The position numbers and the translations under genes are program-made. The notes under the pieces were generated by a model that saw only the letters and a list, made by a program, of their open reading frames with translations, did no database searches and was not told the origin of the DNA. A DNA stretch of 64,000 nt, taken from positions 2,016,001 to 2,080,000 of the forward strand of contig OY760183.1 in NCBI GenBank assembly GCA_963663275.1, given 5' to 3'. Source of the stretch: Chloroflexota bacterium (GTDB lineage Bacteria > Chloroflexota > UBA11872 > VXOZ01). Of the stretch, positions 19,418-28,802 are shown piece by piece; the first letter of the stretch is position 1; each line of letters starts with the position of its first letter.

Positions 19418-20176
19418 ATGTCCTCTACTCACCGTTACACCGCCGTTCTCAGCGACATTGACGGCACCCTCGCGCCCTATGGCGTGCCGCCCCCGCCGGC
19501 GGTGGTTGAAGGGCTGTCCGCCGTAGCGCGGCGGTGTAACGTGGGGCTCATTTCCAGCCGGGACCTTCACTACGTGGCCGCCATGGCCGCGCGCTTCGGC
19601 CTGGCGGGGCCGCAGGTGTCCGACGGCGGCGCGCGCATCTTCCGCGCCGAGACGATGGAAACCCTGGATTGCGTCTATCTGGAACCGGCGGACGCGCAAA
19701 CTCTGCTGGACGCCGTGACGCGGAGCCCGTATTCCTTCTCCGCCGTGGACGACACCGCAGTAGTAGAAAGTGTTGCGGACGTGCTCCATTGGCGCATCAC
19801 GCGCATCACGGTGCTGCCTGTGCCCACTGCCGACCTGCCGCGCTTCGAGCGCCTCTTTCCGCCGGAACGGCCGGTACACGTGACGCGCTTTCCCTACGAG
19901 CCCGGCAAAACTTGGGGCGTGGACGTGACCCACGAGCGCGGCACGAAAGCCACCGCCGTCCACCGCTACGCGCGCCTGCTCGGCGCCGAACCCGCGAACA
20001 TTATCGGCATTGGCGACGGGCCGAACGACGTGGAATTTCTCCAGGAGTGCGGCCTGCGCATCGCCATGGGCAACGCCCACCCCGACCTGAAAGCCATCGC
20101 CCACTGGATCGCGCCGGACGTCACGGAAAGCGGCATCGTGGCGGCGCTGGAACGCTACAGCGACAATCTGGCGTAA
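19418..20176 (+). CDS. Cof-type HAD family hydrolase
   Basis: DIDGTL, motif II SSR, K, GDGPND, AMGNA. Confidence 0.88.
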   Translation: MSSTHRYTAVLSDIDGTLAPYGVPPPPAVVEGLSAVARRCNVGLISSRDLHYVAAMAARFGLAGPQVSDGGARIFRAETMETLDCVYLEPADAQTLLDAVTRSPYSFSAVDDTAVVESVADVLHWRITRITVLPVPTADLPRFERLFPPERPVHVTRFPYEPGKTWGVDVTHERGTKATAVHRYARLLGAEPANIIGIGDGPNDVEFLQECGLRIAMGNAHPDLKAIAHWIAPDVTESGIVAALERYSDNLA

Positions 20177-20293
20177 GGATTCGCTCCGGGGGTGACATGC
20201 ACATAGGGCCGGGCATCCGTCAGGCGAGGGCTGAAGAGAATTGGCTTGCCGAGAGCAGTTTGGCTGGTGGACCGAACGTCCATACACGTGCTG

Positions 20294-21466
20294 TCACTGC
20301 GCAGACTGCTCCGCCCGCCTCAGCAATGCCGTTATCTCGGCCGCGCCGCTCTTGCGCATGCGCTTTGCCGCCATAGCCGGCGTGTTTCCTTTGGCGTTCC
20401 TGGTCGTTGGGTCCGCGCCCCGTTCCAGCAACAGCGCAACGGCCTCTACCCGGCCCGCGCGCACGGCGTCGCAGAGCGGCGTCTCGCCTTTTTCGTCGGC
20501 CGCCTCGATGTCCGCGCCGTGCGCCAGCAGGACCTCCATGCTGGCCAGGAAGCCGGCGGTGGCGGCGTGGTGGAGCGCGGTCTTGCCCTTGTAATCGCGG
20601 ACGTTCACGTCCGCCCCCAACTCCAGCAGCGCCTGGATCTTTTCGGGATGCTCGCCTTTGTCGCCGCGGCTCGCGACCACCAGCGGCGGCCAGCCGGGGC
20701 GGCCGGTATTGACGTCGTAGCCGTGTGAGACTGCCAGTTCCGCCAGTTCGCGGTTCTGGGAGGGGTCCGCCAACGGGAGTTGGCCGGCGTCAGCGCCGCC
20801 CTCCAAGAGCGTTTGCGCCATGTCGAGGCGGCTGCGGCCTGCGGCGATGCCCAGCAGACGCGCGCTATGCGGGCGCACCGCCGCCCCCCGCGCCAGCAGC
20901 AAAGACACCGTTGCGGCGCAGCCGCCGCTGACGGCGTAGACGAGCGGCGTGGCCCAGTCGTTGGGCATGAGGTCGAAGGCCAGCCGCGCGCCTTCTTTGC
21001 GCATCGAGTCGTGCTGCGGCTGTGTCCGTTCCAGCAGCGACGGGTCGGCATCCAGGAATGCGCGCACCGCCGCCGTGTCGCCCAAATAGGCGGCGGTGTA
21101 AATGTCGATGCGCGCCCCTTGCGCCAGCAGATAGTCGGCCAGCGCGTGCCGTTCCTTGACCCGCGCCGCGCAGAAGCAGCTTATTTCGACGTAGTTTTCG
21201 CTGTAGTGGCACGCTGTGGCGTTCACATCGGCGCCCCGCTCGACCAGAAACTCGGCCACGGCGAGTTTGCCCCGATACGCCGCTTCCCAAAGCATGGTGC
21301 GCCCGTGGGAGCCGACAGTGTGCAGCCACCGGGGGTATTGTTCCACGAATTCCCGCACCGCTGCCAGGTCGCCGCGTCCGGCGGCCGCCACTATGATCTT
21401 CAGAAAGTCGCTCTGCTTGCCGGTGAGCCGTTTCGTGACCATGGCCGACCTTTCGCGTGCTTTCAC
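20294..21466 (-). CDS. Ankyrin repeat protein
   Basis: Repeated G.T.L..A...G....v..LL..GADvN units (GKTALHHAA, GETPLCDAV). Confidence 0.9.
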   Translation of the reverse strand: MKARERSAMVTKRLTGKQSDFLKIIVAAAGRGDLAAVREFVEQYPRWLHTVGSHGRTMLWEAAYRGKLAVAEFLVERGADVNATACHYSENYVEISCFCAARVKERHALADYLLAQGARIDIYTAAYLGDTAAVRAFLDADPSLLERTQPQHDSMRKEGARLAFDLMPNDWATPLVYAVSGGCAATVSLLLARGAAVRPHSARLLGIAAGRSRLDMAQTLLEGGADAGQLPLADPSQNRELAELAVSHGYDVNTGRPGWPPLVVASRGDKGEHPEKIQALLELGADVNVRDYKGKTALHHAATAGFLASMEVLLAHGADIEAADEKGETPLCDAVRAGRVEAVALLLERGADPTTRNAKGNTPAMAAKRMRKSGAAEITALLRRAEQSAQ

Positions 21467-21542
21467 GGGCTAGCCGCCGCAGCCAACGACGTGAAGTTTC
21501 CTAATGGCTCAACATTACCGACTTTGGGACTCCCCCCTCACC

Positions 21543-23162
21543 CTAGCCCTCTCCCCGCTGGGAGAGGGAACCGGAAGAAGAGCCGGAAGGCTTAGCGGCC
21601 CGCCGCGCCCACAGGGAGCGCGCAAGCATACCGGCCAGGTAGAGAGCGCAGAGCGCCGGGAACCAGTCGCCCGCGCGTGTGTAGGGCGTCCCCGAGGAAT
21701 CCGGCAGGGGCACGGCGGCGCGGAGCACTGTGCGCGCCGGTTCCAGGGCCGACGTGCCGGCAATGATCTCGCCGCTGGGCGCAATCACCGCGCTGCCGTA
21801 GCGCCAATCGGCCTTTACGATGGTCACGTTGTTCTCAGCGGCGCGCTGCGCGCTGGCCGCCACCTGGAACGGGCTCATTTCCTGCCAATCGTGGCTGGTG
21901 ACGGCAATCAGTTGCGCGCCGTTGGCGGTGAGCGTGCGGGCCACGTCGGGAAAGTCGGAATCGTACGCCATCATCGTAGCAAAGGTCCCGAGAGAAGTGG
22001 CAAACACCGGATGCTCGCCGCCGGTCACGCTCTGCTCCCCCACGTAGATAATGGGGTAGTTCTTGGCGTACATTCCGAGAAACTCGCCTTGGGGTGAGAT
22101 GAGCACCGCTTCATTGCGGAAGCCGCGCGGGTCCGTGTCCACGAAATAGGGCACGAAGAGATAGGCGTTCATCTCGCGGGCGAAGGCGGCCAGCCGCGCG
22201 CGGGCCTCGTCGTCGGCCTGTACGTCGCGCCAGACCGTCGCCTCCGGCCAGACGATGAGGTCCGCGCCCTGCGCCTGTTCGCGCGTGAGCGTCTCCACGT
22301 CGAGCCAGGCCAGGCCGTAGTAGTCGCGCACGCCCCGCGACAAGGCCTGGTCGAAGTAGTCGGACATGTCGATGCCGGTCTGCACCAGCGCCACTTCTAT
22401 GGTCGAGGGACCGTTCTGTTCCCGCTGCCCGGCGCTCGCCACTTCCTCCGGCGCAGGCAATTGCGCAGCCGCGAACAGCAGCGTACTGCCCAGGACAAGC
22501 GGGATTGCCAATGCTGCCGCTCCTGCCGCGCGGCCGGTACGGCGAACCAGCAAACGGGTGACGGCGACGGCTAGCAAGAGGTTCACAAGCACGATGCAGA
22601 ACGTGAGCAGCCAGGGGCCTCCAAGCTGGGTTATCGCCATGACCCCCGGTACGGTGTGCTGCGTCGTGAAGAGATTTCCCCAAATGTGGCCAAGCTGCAA
22701 GCGGTACCGCACGTACTCGGTGAGCGTCCACACGGCCGGCGGCAGCAGCCAGAAGTAGGGTCTCGCCTGCGCCAACGCAACCGGCGGACCGATCGGCACC
22801 CGCACAAAGTAGAAGAGCACAAAGAGCGCCGGCAGCAGCACTAGGCTGACGAACAACGCCGGAGAATCCAGGAATAGAATGGGAGGAAAGTCGCTGCCCC
22901 GCCACGCCCGGGAGGTAAGCCCGGGCGGGAACGCCTGCCACAGGAGCACGCCCATGTAAAGCACGAACGTCAAGGCGGCCGCGGCACGGGCGGCCCGCGG
23001 CCGCGGCGTGGGCAGCGCCATGACAACAAACATCGGCGCCAGCGCCACCCACGCCAGAAACCACAAATTGAAAGGTGGAAACGCCAACACCAGCAGGATG
23101 GCAGGACCGATGGAGTGTACGAGAGTGCCAATCAGACCGATGACTATGGCGTTTTTGCGCAT
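21543..23162 (-). CDS. Apolipoprotein N-acyltransferase-like protein (TM domain + nitrilase fold); catalytic Cys replaced by Ala
   Basis: LAFPP..W.LAWVAL.P, W...EY.R, VWPE, N.A.LI...G, YAK, MAYD at the ICY(E/D) position, RAAEN, G.SAVI. Confidence 0.78.
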   Translation of the reverse strand: MRKNAIVIGLIGTLVHSIGPAILLVLAFPPFNLWFLAWVALAPMFVVMALPTPRPRAARAAAALTFVLYMGVLLWQAFPPGLTSRAWRGSDFPPILFLDSPALFVSLVLLPALFVLFYFVRVPIGPPVALAQARPYFWLLPPAVWTLTEYVRYRLQLGHIWGNLFTTQHTVPGVMAITQLGGPWLLTFCIVLVNLLLAVAVTRLLVRRTGRAAGAAALAIPLVLGSTLLFAAAQLPAPEEVASAGQREQNGPSTIEVALVQTGIDMSDYFDQALSRGVRDYYGLAWLDVETLTREQAQGADLIVWPEATVWRDVQADDEARARLAAFAREMNAYLFVPYFVDTDPRGFRNEAVLISPQGEFLGMYAKNYPIIYVGEQSVTGGEHPVFATSLGTFATMMAYDSDFPDVARTLTANGAQLIAVTSHDWQEMSPFQVAASAQRAAENNVTIVKADWRYGSAVIAPSGEIIAGTSALEPARTVLRAAVPLPDSSGTPYTRAGDWFPALCALYLAGMLARSLWARRAAKPSGSSSGSLSQRGEG

Positions 23163-23348
23163 GGTTCCTCTCGCCGGTGACGCGCGCGGCCCACAAGCGC
23201 CGCGCGCCGGACTGCCGCTGCGTTCGTTCCCTCTATTCTAGCCCGCCGCCGCTTCTCGGTGCAGGCTGCTGCAACGCTCGCCCAAAAAAGTGTTTACTCT
23301 TCGCGCCAAGCATGCTCGGTGCCCCGACACCAGGAGGCGGGGGACAAG

Positions 23349-23496
23349 CCCCAATGTTGTCGCATTAAACGCAATGAGAATGAAAGCTACGCTCGTTTCT
23401 CCGGTAGCGCAGGATTGTAACCTGCGTCTTCCGTAGCGTCAATCCATTCCGTTCTCATTTTTCTTGTTCCGGCGGGGGACAAGCCCCCGCGCTACG
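23349..23496. mobile_element. ~150-bp dispersed composite repeat (other copies ~29770-29937, ~59347-59487)
   Basis: Shared c(c/t)aatgtt.tcgc..gagaatga..ctccggtagcgca....aacctgcgtctt.cgtag.gtca core ending in a REP. Confidence 0.75.
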
Positions 23497-23917
23497 GGTT
23501 GTCAACACATATCGGCCTTACTTTGGTAAGAAACCGTTAACCGCGCCGGGGGCTTGCGATTAGGAAGACTCTATAGAAACTAACCACATGAGCGGACGGC
23601 GCGTCAAAGCCGTTCGCGTCAGTTGGCACGCGGGGAGCCGCGCTCCATCCTGCCATAGCCGTGTTAGGCCGGGCCAGGCGTGTGTGTGAAAACCGCTTGT
23701 GCGTGACGTGCGGTGAAGTGTCCGCGTACTCTTACAGAAAGACGCCTGCCGTGAAAGCGTAGTATCCTAGAGTATAGGGCAAGCGACAGTTTGGCCGGGG
23801 CGCACATGGGGCATTTGACCGTGTGAAGGGCCGGCGCCAGTGGGCGATGGTGTCGTGTAATGATGCAATGCATGTCGTTGTTTCACCAATTCTTGAGAAA
23901 GGGATGGGCGCGCACAG

Positions 23918-24011
23918 CCGTTCGCCTTGAGCCTGTCGAAAGGTGAACGGTGGGTTGGTTGCGGCGCACTGTGCTACCCGTTCATACTTCGACAGGCTCA
24001 GCACGAACGGG
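23918..24011. repeat. REP-like pair (ccgttcg..ctgagcctgtcgaag / cttcgacaggctcag..cgaacgg); also 52016-52112, ~52971-52996, ~54630-54682, 62279-62367
   Basis: Recurrent inverted pairs in intergenic DNA. Confidence 0.8.
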
Positions 24012-24178
24012 TAGCACAGTGCTCATTGGTCGCATGCGACAACAATGGCGTCGGTGGGTGGCAGGCGCGATTCTTCGCTGCCGGAGCCTGCGTTTTTGCT
24101 GTCGCCAACAGACAGACCATTGAGCCAATTCTCTTTGGTTTGCTCCAATTGAGAAAATCGAGAAAGAGGTAAGACTGC

Positions 24179-24937
24179 ATGGGCGCACAGGGTTCGGCAA
24201 GTCGCGACCGTTTCGATGAACTCTATCTGGCGACGTACGCCGATCTGACCGGGGACCGTTATACGGTGCCGGAGGTAGAGGCCATCGAGCGATTGCTCGA
24301 ATTGCGCCCGGGCTCGACCTTGCTCGACCTGGCTTGCGGCCAGGGACGCCACCTGATTCAACTGGCGATTCACGGCTACTCGGTGATTGGGTTGGACCGC
24401 TCCAGTGTGCTCATGCGCCAGGCGTACAAGGACGGGCAGGTGCGCGGCTTGGACGTCAACCTGGTGCAGGGCGACATGCGCGCGCTGCCGTTCGAGCGGG
24501 CGTTCGACGGCGTGGTCAACTGGTTCACGGCGTTGGGCTACCTGGAGAGCGATGAGGAAGACCAGAAAGTGCTGCACGACGTAGCGGCGGCGCTGCGTCC
24601 GGGCGGCCGCTTCGTGATGGAGATGGCGAACCCGATCCAGACCTATCAGAAGCACGAGTGGGAGGATTCGGAGATGGCGTCCACCGGCTACGCCATGGTG
24701 AACCGGAACCGCATGGACTACGAAACGGGACGCCAGCATACCAGCCGCGTCATAATTACCCCTGACGGCGAGCGCATCGAGCGCGAACTCAACGTGCGCG
24801 TCTACCTGCCGCACGAACTGGAGCGGATGTTGAACCTCGCCGGCATGGAGCGGCTCGACTTCTTTGGCGGTCTGGCCGGTGAGCCGCTGGCGCCGGAAAG
24901 CGAGCGCCTCATTCTGACCGCCAGGCGCATTAGCTGA
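24179..24937 (+). CDS. Class I SAM-dependent methyltransferase
   Basis: LLDLACGQGRH, GLDRS, GDMR.LPF, FD.V, LRPGGRF. Confidence 0.9.
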   Translation: MGAQGSASRDRFDELYLATYADLTGDRYTVPEVEAIERLLELRPGSTLLDLACGQGRHLIQLAIHGYSVIGLDRSSVLMRQAYKDGQVRGLDVNLVQGDMRALPFERAFDGVVNWFTALGYLESDEEDQKVLHDVAAALRPGGRFVMEMANPIQTYQKHEWEDSEMASTGYAMVNRNRMDYETGRQHTSRVIITPDGERIERELNVRVYLPHELERMLNLAGMERLDFFGGLAGEPLAPESERLILTARRIS

Positions 24938-24975
24938 CATCGGTTGAACCCAATCTGACGGCATTTACCTCTTGA

Positions 24976-25488
24976 GTGACGAGACGAACGATGACGCAGA
25001 GAATAAGCGTATGGAAGACTCTCGCCAGCGGCGGCGGCATGGGGCTGGCGGTTCTGGTTGCCGTGGGGATCCCCAGCGGTGTCATACCTAACCCGTACTT
25101 CATTCGCCCGCTCGAAGCGCGGCCCAGCGATTATCTCTTTCTTGGGGTCATCACGATTCTGGCAATTGCTTTGGGCGCAACCTACGGCGCTCCGGCCGTT
25201 TGTTCGTCGCGCGACGCGTGGTCGTCGCAGGACTCTAAGGCGCTCGGCGGCGGACTGCTGCTCTTCATCGGCATCGGCTGCCCGGTGTGCAACAAGGTGG
25301 CGCTTGCGCTGGTGGGCGCGAGCGGCGCGCTGACGTATTTCGAGCCGATCCAGCCGCTCTTTTCACTGGCGTCGATAGTCGTGATGTGTGTTGCGCTTAC
25401 GCTGCGCCTGCGCGACGTCAGGCGCGCGCTTGGTGGAGGAAGTGGCTTTGGCGCAGCGGCCCCGGTTCGCCGGCCGCAAACGCGGTAG
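24976..25488 (+). CDS. Hypothetical membrane protein with CPVC motif
   Basis: About 4 hydrophobic segments; IPNPYF.R and GCPVCNK..L..G.SGAL.YF.P.QP. Confidence 0.7.
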   Translation: MTRRTMTQRISVWKTLASGGGMGLAVLVAVGIPSGVIPNPYFIRPLEARPSDYLFLGVITILAIALGATYGAPAVCSSRDAWSSQDSKALGGGLLLFIGIGCPVCNKVALALVGASGALTYFEPIQPLFSLASIVVMCVALTLRLRDVRRALGGGSGFGAAAPVRRPQTR

Positions 25489-25582
25489 GCCCGCTCCGCC
25501 CACGCGGCCGCGGCGTCGTTGGCCTGTGGCCGCAGTAGCCTAAGGCAAGTGTGAGACTTTGGCATCCTGGGAAGGAGACCTA

Positions 25583-27445
25583 GTGAAGCCCGATCGCTTC
25601 GCGCCCGCGCCTGCGCAGGCGCTCGTGTTGGCGCTTGTGCTGGCGCTGACGGCGTGCGCAACAGCGGCGCCTCCGCCACCGCCGGACGCGCCTGCGGAAC
25701 CGACCGCCGCGCCCGCCGCTACGGTAGCGCCGGTGTCTACGCCTCAGGCGTTTCGTCTCACCATCCTGCACAACAACGACGCCGAGTCGCGCCTGCTCAA
25801 TGCGGGCAGAGGGCGCGAAGACTTCGGCGGGGTGGCGCGTTTCGGCGCGCTGGTGGCGCAACTGCGGCAGGAAGCGATCGACGGCGGCAGCGGCGTGCTG
25901 GTGCTCTCGGCCGGCGATAATTTCCTGGCGGGCCCCGAGTTCAGCGCCAGCCTGGCGCGGGGCACGATGCCCTTCTACGACACAATCGCGCTCGACCTGA
26001 TTGGCTACGACGCGCTGGCGCTGGGCAATCACGAGTTCGACTTTGGCCCGGACGTCCTGGCGGCCGCCATCAGAGGCTCCACGTCGCAAGCGCCGTTCCT
26101 CAGCGTGAATCTCGATTTCACCGATGAACCGCGCTTGGCCAGACTTGCGGCGGCCGGCCGCATTGCCCGCAGCGTTACCCTCACCGTCGCCGGCGAGCGC
26201 ATTGGCGTGATTGGCGCCACGACGCCGGGCCTTCCTTTCATCTCCAGCCCGCGCGACGTGCGGGTAGACGGCGACGTCGCGGCGCGGGTGCAGCAGGAAA
26301 TCGACGCGCTCCAAGCGGCGGGCGTGAACAAGATCATCGTCATCAGCCACTTGCAGGGCGTTGCCGGAGACCTGGCGCTTGTGCCTCTGCTGCGGGGCGT
26401 CGACGTCGTGATTGCCGGGGGCGGGGACGAGTTGCTGGCAAACGAGGGCGACGTGCTCCTGCCGGGGGATGAGGCCGAGATTTTCGGGCCGTACCCGCTC
26501 ATCGCCCAGGACGCCGACGGCAACGACGTGCCGGTGGCGGTCGTGCCCGGCGGCTATGCCTACGTGGGTCGCCTGAGCGTCGCGTTTGCCGCCGATGGAA
26601 CCATAGCGGCAATCGACCCCGCCAGTGGGCCGGTGCGCGTGGCCGGCGGTGCATATCCGGACGCCGTGGAACCGCATCCGGCGATTCAGTCACAGGTGGT
26701 GGCGCCGGTAGCGGACTATGTTACATCGCTGGCGGGCGACGTCGTCGGCGTCACGGAAGTTCCCCTGGACGGGCGGCGGCACGCGGTGCGCTCGCAGGAA
26801 ACCAACTTGGGCAATCTCATGGCCGACGCGCTGCTCTGGCAGGCGAACGCACTGGCCGAGCGCTTCGACGCGCCGGCCGCCACGGTCGCAATCCTGAACG
26901 GCGGCGGCATCCGCAACGACTCGGCGCTCCCGGCGGGACCGGTGTACGCGCTGGACGTGTACAGCATGGCGCCGTTCGTCAACTTCATCACCGTTGTCCC
27001 GGACATTCCCGCGGAGCAGTTCAAGGAGATTCTGGAGAACGCCGTTTCACGCGTCGAGCAAAGGGCCGGCCGCTTTCCGCAGATTGCCGGTTTCACGATG
27101 ACGTGGGACCCCACTGCTACCGCGCTGGTTCTGGATGAAACCGGAAAGGCGGTCACGCCCGGCGCGCGGGTGCGGGAGGTGCGGCTTGCCGACGGCACAC
27201 TGATCGTGCGGGACGGCGCGGTGGTTGAAGGCGCCGGGCCGGTGCACGTCGCGACGCTCGACTTCATCGCGCGCGGCGGCGATCAGTACCCCTATCGCGG
27301 CGCGCCGTTCGTCTCCCTGGGCGTCACCTACCGCCAAGCCGTTGCCGATTACATTGCGCAAGCACTCGGCGGCGTGGTGACCGCTGAACGCTATCCTGAG
27401 GTCGGCGAGGGCCGCATCGTTGCCGACGAATCCTCCGGCCAATAG
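25583..27445 (+). CDS. Lipoprotein 5'-nucleotidase / metallophosphatase
   Basis: Lipobox LTAC, LHNND, AGDNF, GNHEFDFG, SHL, VRSQETNLGNL.AD, NGGGIR, GGDQY; GTG start after GGAG. Confidence 0.9.
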   Translation: MKPDRFAPAPAQALVLALVLALTACATAAPPPPPDAPAEPTAAPAATVAPVSTPQAFRLTILHNNDAESRLLNAGRGREDFGGVARFGALVAQLRQEAIDGGSGVLVLSAGDNFLAGPEFSASLARGTMPFYDTIALDLIGYDALALGNHEFDFGPDVLAAAIRGSTSQAPFLSVNLDFTDEPRLARLAAAGRIARSVTLTVAGERIGVIGATTPGLPFISSPRDVRVDGDVAARVQQEIDALQAAGVNKIIVISHLQGVAGDLALVPLLRGVDVVIAGGGDELLANEGDVLLPGDEAEIFGPYPLIAQDADGNDVPVAVVPGGYAYVGRLSVAFAADGTIAAIDPASGPVRVAGGAYPDAVEPHPAIQSQVVAPVADYVTSLAGDVVGVTEVPLDGRRHAVRSQETNLGNLMADALLWQANALAERFDAPAATVAILNGGGIRNDSALPAGPVYALDVYSMAPFVNFITVVPDIPAEQFKEILENAVSRVEQRAGRFPQIAGFTMTWDPTATALVLDETGKAVTPGARVREVRLADGTLIVRDGAVVEGAGPVHVATLDFIARGGDQYPYRGAPFVSLGVTYRQAVADYIAQALGGVVTAERYPEVGEGRIVADESSGQ

Positions 27446-27626
27446 TAAGAGCGGCGTTGGCGGCGCGTTGCGCGCTTGCTCGACACGCTCGGCAGCAGCG
27501 ACGGACGCCAAGAAAGTGCGCAGGCCTCCCTAAGGGGAGACCTGCGCACTTTAGTGGTTCGCGATGGTTCGGTTGGCCGCTCGCTCCGCCAGGGGGCGGC
27601 CGCCACGGCCTAAGCGACTGCTGAGA

Positions 27627-27866
27627 CTACTCGATGGTAATCCGCTCGGGCTTCTCCGGCGGATCCTTGGGGCCGGTCTCGATGCGAATGTCCACGCCGC
27701 GGCGGATGAAGTCGAGGATGGCGTTCGCCTTCCGGCTCAGCTTCTCTTGCAGGTCTTCGAACGCCCCGCCGGGCGAACTGCGCAACTCGATGGTGACACG
27801 AAAGAATGGCTGCTCCGGCGAACGCCGCTGGGCGTCCCCGTTACCGGCATTCTGGGTATTCTCCAT
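27627..27866 (-). CDS. Small hypothetical protein (79 aa) ending KPERITIE
   Basis: AAAGGAG RBS, GC-type codon usage, promoter-like sequence upstream. Confidence 0.6.
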   Translation of the reverse strand: MENTQNAGNGDAQRRSPEQPFFRVTIELRSSPGGAFEDLQEKLSRKANAILDFIRRGVDIRIETGPKDPPEKPERITIE

Positions 27867-27998
27867 GATGCTGTGCTCCTTTCTTGCAATCGCTTTGCGT
27901 GACACGCGCGCCGCGCAACGGCAGCGTACCGGCGAGACCCCCAAGGCGCTGCCCGCTTAGCCGCGCAGTAGTCACTAGTTATCCAATCTCTGAGTTCA

Positions 27999-28028
27999 AT
28001 TATAACTCTATCGCATCAGATAGCGCAA
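27999..28028 (-). promoter_or_regulatory. Sigma70-type promoter TTGCGC-N18-TATAAT with an inverted repeat (ctatc-N6-gatag) in the spacer
   Basis: Perfect -10 in an AT-rich patch upstream of the 79-aa gene. Confidence 0.55.
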
Positions 28029-28091
28029 GAGAATTGAAAGATATTCTTTAAAGAAAGTTATCCGTTGTCCTGTGGGCCGGCTGCAGAGCGC

Positions 28092-28802
28092 CTAATCCGG
28101 CGCCGGAGCGCCGCGTATTGCCGCGACTTTGGCGAGGACTGCCGCCGCTTCTTCCTCCAGGGTGAGCCGTCCGCTATCGAGCACGATGGCGTCGGGGGGT
28201 TGCGTAAGCGGGGCTGCGGCGCGGTCGCTGTCGATGCGGTCGCGCTCCGCCAGATTCTGTGCGACGGCTGCTTGTGAAACTTCCATCCCCCTGGCCGCGA
28301 GTTCCCGTTGGCGGCGTTGCGCGCGGGTTTCCAGTTCGGCGACCAGAAATACCTTGACCTCGGCTTTCGGACAGACCACCGTGCCGATGTCGCGTCCCAC
28401 CATCACCACGCCCTTCCGCCGCGCCAGGCGTTGCTGAAGGGGAAGCAAGGCGGCGCGCGCTTCAGGCTGGGCCGCTACCGGCGAGACGCCGGCGTCAACC
28501 GCCTGGCCGCGAATCTCCCAGGTGACGTCTTGCCCCTCGAGCAGGAGCGTGGACTGGCGACCGTCGGCTACGGTCGGCGGCTCCAGGCGAATGTCCAGCG
28601 TCCGCGCCAGCGCCGCCAGCGCCGGGCCGTCGCGAACCGAAACCCGGGCGCGCAGGGCGGCTAAGGTCAAGGCGCGGTAGAAGATACCGGTGTCAACGAA
28701 GAGGTAGCCGAGTCGCGCGGCGAGGAGGCTGCCCAGCGCGCTCTTGCCTGAGCCCGCGCCGCCGTCGATGGCGATTGTGAGGCGCGGCTCAGTTGCGGGC
28801 AC
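28092..28802 (-). CDS. cmk: Cytidylate kinase
   Basis: IAIDGGAGSGKS, DTG.FYRA, VMVGRDIGTVV.P.A..K.FL.A, RD..DS.R..APL; GTG start overlaps the upstream gene's stop. Confidence 0.93.
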   Translation of the reverse strand: MPATEPRLTIAIDGGAGSGKSALGSLLAARLGYLFVDTGIFYRALTLAALRARVSVRDGPALAALARTLDIRLEPPTVADGRQSTLLLEGQDVTWEIRGQAVDAGVSPVAAQPEARAALLPLQQRLARRKGVVMVGRDIGTVVCPKAEVKVFLVAELETRAQRRQRELAARGMEVSQAAVAQNLAERDRIDSDRAAAPLTQPPDAIVLDSGRLTLEEEAAAVLAKVAAIRGAPAPD

